Program-made: the position numbers and the translations under genes
The notes under the pieces: generated by a model
The model's input: only the letters and a program-made list of their open reading frames with translations
The model's database searches: none
What the model was told of the DNA's origin: nothing
Shown here: in pieces, positions 36,981-43,408 of the stretch
How positions within the stretch are numbered: position 1 is the first letter of the stretch
How the letters are laid out: each line of letters opens with the position of its first letter
Assembly: GCA_043228905.1 (NCBI GenBank)
Contig: JBHGNT010000263.1
Coordinates: forward strand, 1 to 43,408
Direction: 5' to 3'
DNA length: 43,408 bases
DNA from: Azolla caroliniana
Taxonomy: Eukaryota; Plantae; Polypodiophyta

Positions 36981-37525
36981 TTGTTGAAGAATACAACCAC
37001 ACAAGCTCATCCACAAAGAACAATCACAACTTTCTTTAGCCCCATCACTCCTACTAATGCTACAAGTCAATCACCGGATACACAAATGGGCTCCCGACCA
37101 GGACATAACAAAGGGGTTACAATTGATCGGGCAATAGCAATTTGCCGTGCACATAGGGCCTGGCCCCATGGATCACGACCTCTACACCCTTGTCATCGAC
37201 AGATAAAAGCCATTATCTCCCGCCATCGTATGTGCTTCGCTCGCTTTGGAGACATTTCCATTCTGGATCGACCTATGCTAGAGATCTGTCGAAGACAAAA
37301 GCTACAATATATCTAACTTGAGAATCTCACATGTGCCGAAAGCCAGATTCCCACCTCTCTTTTGATCTTATATACTTTTATATTTACGGAGTATTATTTA
37401 CTTATTTATTTATTTGTTGTTCTCAAAGATGAGACAACACTTAAGTTGTAATCTCTTGTTTGGTCTTATAGGCCATTTTGGTCTCTTAAAAGACATTAAT
37501 ATATCTTTCTTTCTTTCTTCTTTCT
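36981..37525 (+). mobile_element. 5'-truncated LINE 3' end with (TTTC)n tail
   Basis: LLKNTTTQAHPQRTITTFFSP...RQKLQYI* followed by a UTR; homologous to 34516-35021. Confidence 0.8.
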
Positions 37526-37685
37526 CTCAGCTTGGAATATGCAAACCAGTTGGTAGCAAGAGGGCAGCCATGGGCAGAGCATAGAATTTGTTACCTTTGG
37601 CAAAAAATGCCAAGGAGAAAAGGATGCATGCAGGGTAGAAAGCCACATAGGAGCAAGGGGAAATATATGTGGTAGAAAACATAGC

Positions 37686-38050
37686 AGAAAGAAAGAAAGA
37701 TATGTTATGTCTTTTAAGAGGCCAAAATGTCCTATAGATAGATAGATAGATACATATTTTGTAGCATCCATAGAAAGAAAGATATATTAACGTCTTTTAA
37801 GAGGCCAAAATGGCCAATAAGAACAAACAAGAGATTACATCTTAAGTGTTGTCTTGTCTTTGAGAACAACAAATCAAAATAAAATAAGTATTACTCAGTA
37901 AATATAAAATTAAATAAGATAAAAACAGACGAGGGAATCTGGTTTTTGGCACATGTGAGATTCTCAAGTTAGGTATATTATAGCTTTTGTCTTCGAAAGA
38001 TCTCTAGCATAGGTCGATCCAGAATGGAAATGTCTCCGAAGCAAGGGAAG
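37686..38050 (-). mobile_element. Inverted LINE 3' end (37772-38050) plus a second ~50-bp terminal piece (37686-37735) next to a (TAGA)n tract
   Basis: Reverse complement of 37235-37515, with (GAAA)n tails at 37686 and 37772. Confidence 0.85.
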
Positions 38051-41000
38051 ACAACAATACTTCAATTTCAAATAATGAACACTTTGTACATACACCGTGT
38101 TCAGTGAGCACTTTTTATACAAGCCTTGACAAGTGGGCTGACACAAGTACCATTAGTACTTGAATGCTCATAAATAAGCCTAACATTAATTCTGCCAATA
38201 ATATTCCTATTTACTAAAATAGGAATATAGGCCTCCAATGGCCTACCGGAATCCCTCCGACTCGGCTCACCTGAATCGAACTCTATTCGATTCGGCTCTC
38301 GGCTTCTTCAGCTGATTCGGCCCATGTTGAGCTTGTTTCTCAACACTCCCCCTCAAGCTCAACTTGAGTCCCCACCGTGTCAGCTCTGGCTGGTTCGTCA
38401 CTCCTCCTGGTGTCCGACGCCTCTCTTGCGCTCCTCGTCCAGTTCGGTCCTGCATCCCACGACCCCTCCAGACCGACGCTTCTTGACTCAACTGGTTCTG
38501 CGCACCTCGACCCTTACGGTCGGCTTGTCAGCTTCCAAGGCCCTTGTAAGCTCCCTCGGCGTCACGGTATTGGCGCCCCTCGACTTGTCGGCTCCACCGT
38601 CTCGGCGTCGGCTTCGGCTGCCTTCTCATCCACTTGGCCTTTGTGCGATTCGGCTTGTCTGGAACATACACAAGTTTGACTTCACCAAAGAGGACTCGCT
38701 TGCAGAAGAAATGATAGTGCACCTCGATATGCTTGGTCTGGGCGTGGAAGACGGGGTTCTTCCTAAGTTGGATGCTGCTAAGGTTGTCGCAATAGATCGT
38801 TGGATCAAACACCTCCACATGTAGATCCTTCAATAGCCTTTTTAGCCATATGGCTTTGCACGTAGTGACACCTGCCCCTCGGTACTCGACCTCAGTGGTC
38901 GACAGTGCCACTATCGACTGCTTTTTGCTGCTCTAGGTGATCGCAACGCTTCCTTATGAAAACTCGAATCCAGATGTTGACCTGCGATCGCCGGCATTTC
39001 CAGCCCAATTGGCATCCGTTTAGCCGACTAACTCCTCGGCTACCCCTGCCCAATACAACAACGCCCTATCCTTAGTGCCGCTGACACATCGCAATATCCT
39101 TTGCACACACTGAAGGTGTTCAACCTTTGGCTGTGACATGAATTGACTAATCAAGCCAACTGGGTAACTGAGTCCGGCTGAGTGATTGTCAAGTAAATGA
39201 GACTTCCGACAACTTGTCGAAATCGTGTTGTGTTGCACGCCGTTCCCGAATTTTGGCGAAGCTTCGCATTTTGTCTAGAGGGGTTGAGACGGACTTACAA
39301 TCCTCCATCCCGAACTTGAAGAGCATATTCAACACATAATGATGTTCGCTGATCAATATGCCTTCGGGGGTTCGGATCACTTCGATCCTGAGGAAGTAAT
39401 GAAGGTCCCCTAGATCCTTCATTTCGAATGATGCCGCAAGCTGAGACTTTACTTGGCTGATTTCTTCGAGATCGGCGCCGGCGATGACTAAATCATTGAC
39501 ATATAGCAGGATGCTAATTGGTCCGGTGCAACTCGGCCGAATGAACAATGAAGAGTCCGATTTTGACGGAGCAAACCCCATCTTACGCAATCCCTGCGTG
39601 ATCTTCGTGTTCCAAGCACGCGGGGCTTGGTTGAGTCCATACAACGACTTGTTCAATCGGCAAATTGCCAAGTTGTTCCGTTCGGATAGAAATCCGGGGG
39701 GTTGTACCATGTACACTTGTTCCTCAAGATCACCTTGCAAGAATGCGTTCTTTACGTCCATCTGATGTAAGTGCCACTCCTTTGCCGTTGCTACCGCCAA
39801 CAATACACGGACAATTGCCATCTTCGCGACCGACTCGAAGGTCTCATCATAATCAATGCTGTGTTTTTGCGCGTAGCCCTTGGCCACCAATGGGGCCATA
39901 TATCGGTTGATCGTTGTACTTGACCTTGTACACCCACCTGCATTCGATCGGCTTCAACTAGGTCCCAAATCTCGTTTTCCGTTGGCGTGTGCATCTTTTC
40001 CTCCATAGCGGCATACCAATTCGCATCCTTCACCGCCTTGGCATAGCTCTCCGGCTCACGCACTTCTGCCACCTTCGCCATATACGCATAATGATGCACC
40101 ATATACTCATTGTACCCGTACCAAATTACGGGATTCTTCTGGCGGGTGGATTGGCGCAACTTTTGGCTCGCCAATTTCGTGGCCTTGTCAGCCGATTTCA
40201 ACCCCGTTTTCGGAGGCCCCTCTTTGATCCTAGCCACATCAAATTCGCTTCGATCCGATGTATCAGCCTCACTGCCGTATTTTGGCATCTTCATCTTCCC
40301 CTTCTTGCGCTTAAGCCGTCTCCTCGATTTCTGGCGCAGGGACTGCACGGCCGAGTCTCCACTACTCGCCGGCTCTTCATCCGGCTGATCCGTTCGACTT
40401 AGTCGCTCATTCGACCCACTTAGCCGAAATGAGATCGGACTCTCCTCTATAGTTCCAATTTCCTCTTCCTCCAAGGGCATCTTGGCCTCATTGACTGCAT
40501 CCTCAGAATTCGGAATGGAGTGGATGGGGGTTGGGGGAGAAGGCAAGCACCACGAAGCCGACTCATCGAAAACGACATCCCAGCTTATTCGAACCTCATT
40601 CGTTCAGGGATTATAACATTTTTAACCCTTCTCCTCATCGGAGTAGCTGACCAAGATACACTTCTCGGCCTTCGGGTCTAACTTCCGTCGCTTCTCATTT
40701 GGCACATGCACATATGTGATGCTACCGAATACCCTCAAGTGTGCCAAATTCGGCTTCTTCCCGAAGTACACATGTGGCGACACTCCTCCATTTGCAAAAG
40801 TCCGATTTTGTAGGTATACGGTTGTTGTACCACTTCGGCCCAATAAAACTTCGGCATATGCTTCTCCTCGAGCATGGCCTTGGCCGCTTCTTCGATCGTC
40901 CGATTCTTCCTTTCGGCCATACCGTTTTGTGTCGAATTCCCTCCTTTTGCAGATAGCTAGAAAACTGGTCGGAAAAGTACTCTTTCCCGCCATCAGACCT

Positions 41001-43408
41001 TAGGCACTTGATCTTTCCTCCTGTCTCCCATTCGGCAAGGCTTTTCACCTTCAAGAAGCAGGGGAAGACTTTGCTTTTCTTCTCGATCAAGCATGCCCAA
41101 GTGTGTTGAGTGTAGTCATCGATGAAGGTTACAAAGTAACGACTTCCACCGATACTCACATTCTACGCTGGTCCCTATAGAAATGGATTAAATCGAGCTT
41201 GTTTCGGCTCCGATTTCTTTCATTTGGGAACGGAAGTCGGTGATGCTTCCCTAACTGGCAGGCTTTGCAGACTTGGCTCTTTCGACCACTAAATTTTGGC
41301 AAGCTGAAAATGATGTTCTTTGTCCGCATTTCTCGAAGCCACGGGAAGTTGATGTGGCCGAACCGCTTGTGCCACAAGTTGATGTCCGATTCGACTTTTT
41401 GCCCCTTGGCGAACATAGCGGTGCCGACGTTGTTCATTTCGAGGATGAACATCGTCCCTTCTCGGCGCCCTTGCGCAATGATCTTGCCTTCTTCGATGAA
41501 GCACCCGAGGTGAGTAAATCGAACTTGCATGCCTTGGTCGACAATTTGTCCTATCGACACCAAGTTCTTAGTGATTGTTGGCACATGCAAGACATTTCTC
41601 ATGATTCCCTTTTGGCTGACATGGCTTAGAGGGACATCTCCGATGTGTTCGATGGGGTGAGGGGTGTCATTGCCAGTTTCGACGACCTCCGGTTGCCTTG
41701 GCTTGTCTAGAGTAGAGACCCACTCCTTGTGATTTGTCATGTGGTTTAATGTGCCCGAATCCACATACCACACCTCGTTCGACCTTGAGGTGTTCACCGC
41801 CATTGATTTGGCTTTGTGCTTCATTACAAAGGTTGGGCCCGTTTTGGCTTGCCCTGAGCCTTCGGCATAGTGTGATCTTTGACGCCTATCCGTGTCTCCT
41901 CGGCTCGATCCGGCTTTGTCCGAATTAGAGTGCTTCTTCTAGCACTCGCTCTCCTTGTGGCCTTTCGGCCACAATACCAATAGTTTGTCGTGGCCTTTCC
42001 TTGCATACCTCCGGCGCCGCCTTGACTCCCCCTACTCATGGAGGGTCCGGAATTGTTGTCGGCATTTCGATTATTCCTCGAGTTCTGCTCTTGTCGGCTG
42101 CTTCCATTACGCGCCGACCCGCCTCATCCACCACGTCCACGGGGTCTATCCTCCTTCGTGTACAACATTTTGCTGTTGGTGTGCGTACTCGTTGACGCAC
42201 CTGAGTGGTTTTCTTCTACGAGCAACATCGATTGTAGCGCGAAAAACGAAGAAATATTCTCCCTCGTGCAGACCGCCGTTTGGAATGCTCTGAACTTCGA
42301 TGCCAACCCTCTGAGGCAAACTTGCACCCTCCGATGCCAACCCTCGTTGACGTTCATGTTGACGAAGGCGAGGGAGTCGCAGATCTCCTTGGTCTTGGAG
42401 GTGTAATCAGCCACCGACATCTCTCTCTGTAAGACATTGCTCAACTCTTGTATGAGTTGAAGCTTTCTGGCTGTAGTGCTTGCAGCGAAAATGCCAACCC
42501 TCGTTGACATTCATGTTGACGGAGGCGAGGGAGTCGCAAATCTCCTTCTTCTTGGAGGTGTAATCAGCCACCGACATCTCTCTCTGTAAGACATTGCTCA
42601 ACTCTTGTATGAGTTGAAGCTTTCTGGCTGTAGTGCTTGCAGCGAAAATGCCAACCCTCGTTGACATTCATGTTGACGGAGGCGAGGGAGTCGCAAATCT
42701 CCTTCTTCTTGGAGGTGTAATCAGCCACCGACATCTCTCTCTGTTAGACATTGCTCAACTCTTGTATGAGTTGAAGCTTTCTGGCTGTAGTGCTTGCAGC
42801 GAAAATGCCAACCCTCGTTGACATTCATGTTGACGGAGGCGAGGGAGTCGCAAATCTCCTTCTTCTTGGAGGTGTAATCAGCCACCGACATCTCTCTCTG
42901 TTAGACATTGCTCAACTCTTGTATGAGTTGAAGCTTTCTGGCTATAGTGCTTGCAGTGAAAATCTTCTTCATATTTCCCCAAGCATCCTTCGACATCCTG
43001 GCATCCCAAATGTAGCTCAAAAGCTAGTCGCTCACACAAGATGCGAAGTAGTACAAAACTCTGCTCGCCGCATGTTCCCAGGCCGGGAAATCTCTGTGTC
43101 AATTCAGGTGCTGCATCATTAGCTCCTTCGACATAAATCCAGTAACCGTGCCCGAGCAGGTATTGGTGAATCTTGGACAACCAAGATGCGTAGTTGCTCC
43201 TATCGAGCTTTTTGGTCGGAAGCGAGCTTTCCATTCCTCTGTCCATGTTCCTGTCTTTTTTCTTTCCGAAATCCAGAAACCTTGTCTCTATCTTGTTCGC
43301 TTGCTTTTCTGTCGGTTGCAAAGGATTTTCAACCCTCGTGCTCTGATACTGTGAGAAAGTATTCCTGTGCGGAAGTGTGTGCGATAGACACCGAGGACAC
43401 AATCGGTT
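38045..43408 (-). mobile_element. Copia-5 (same family as Copia-2): nearly full-length decayed element; partial 3' LTR 38045-38345, 5' LTR begins at 43352 and runs off the window
   Basis: PPT GAGGGGGAG at 38346-38354. RNase H LSTTEVEY and TKHIEVHYHF, RT MDVKNAFLQG, integrase FIDD, protease WYVDSG, gag KLDRSNYASW. PBS GCTCTGATAC(TG) at 43340-43351. Confidence 0.96.
42334..42963. repeat. 4 x 157-bp near-perfect tandem repeat within Copia-5 gag
   Basis: ATGCCAACCCTCGTTGAC starts at 42334, 42491, 42648 and 42805. Confidence 0.97.

Noticed and set aside
38267-38824. Overlapping ORFs near the Copia-5 3' end as an extra (env-like) gene
   Set aside because: GC-rich post-RNase H region with a local deletion, and no transmembrane or other motif visible.

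Overview
Eukaryotic, AT-rich land-plant nuclear DNA made mostly of decayed and nested retrotransposons. The element types and a TE-filled intron longer than 15 kb suggest a large-genome non-flowering plant such as a fern (inference). I can support five Ty1/copia remnants, three Ty3/gypsy remnants (one with a tRNA-Trp primer-binding site, one Tcn1/PEG10-like with a -1 frameshift signal) and two inverted copies of one Met-primed LTR. There are also several RTE/RTEX-like LINE pieces, an L1-type endonuclease fragment and a hAT-type MITE. The only host gene seen is coding exon 1 (27409-27603, +) of a STE20/MAP4K kinase of the BLUS1/OSR1-SPAK-like group. Its first intron appears to run past the window end. 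The most notable non-standard structures are a 54-bp telo-box minisatellite just upstream of the kinase ATG, a 4 x 157-bp amplification with a templated filler inside a copia gag, microhomology-joined TE-TE deletion junctions, an intronic inverted LINE pair and a decayed ~160-bp satellite. I found no convincing evidence of a wholly new multi-gene system. All coordinates were counted by eye.
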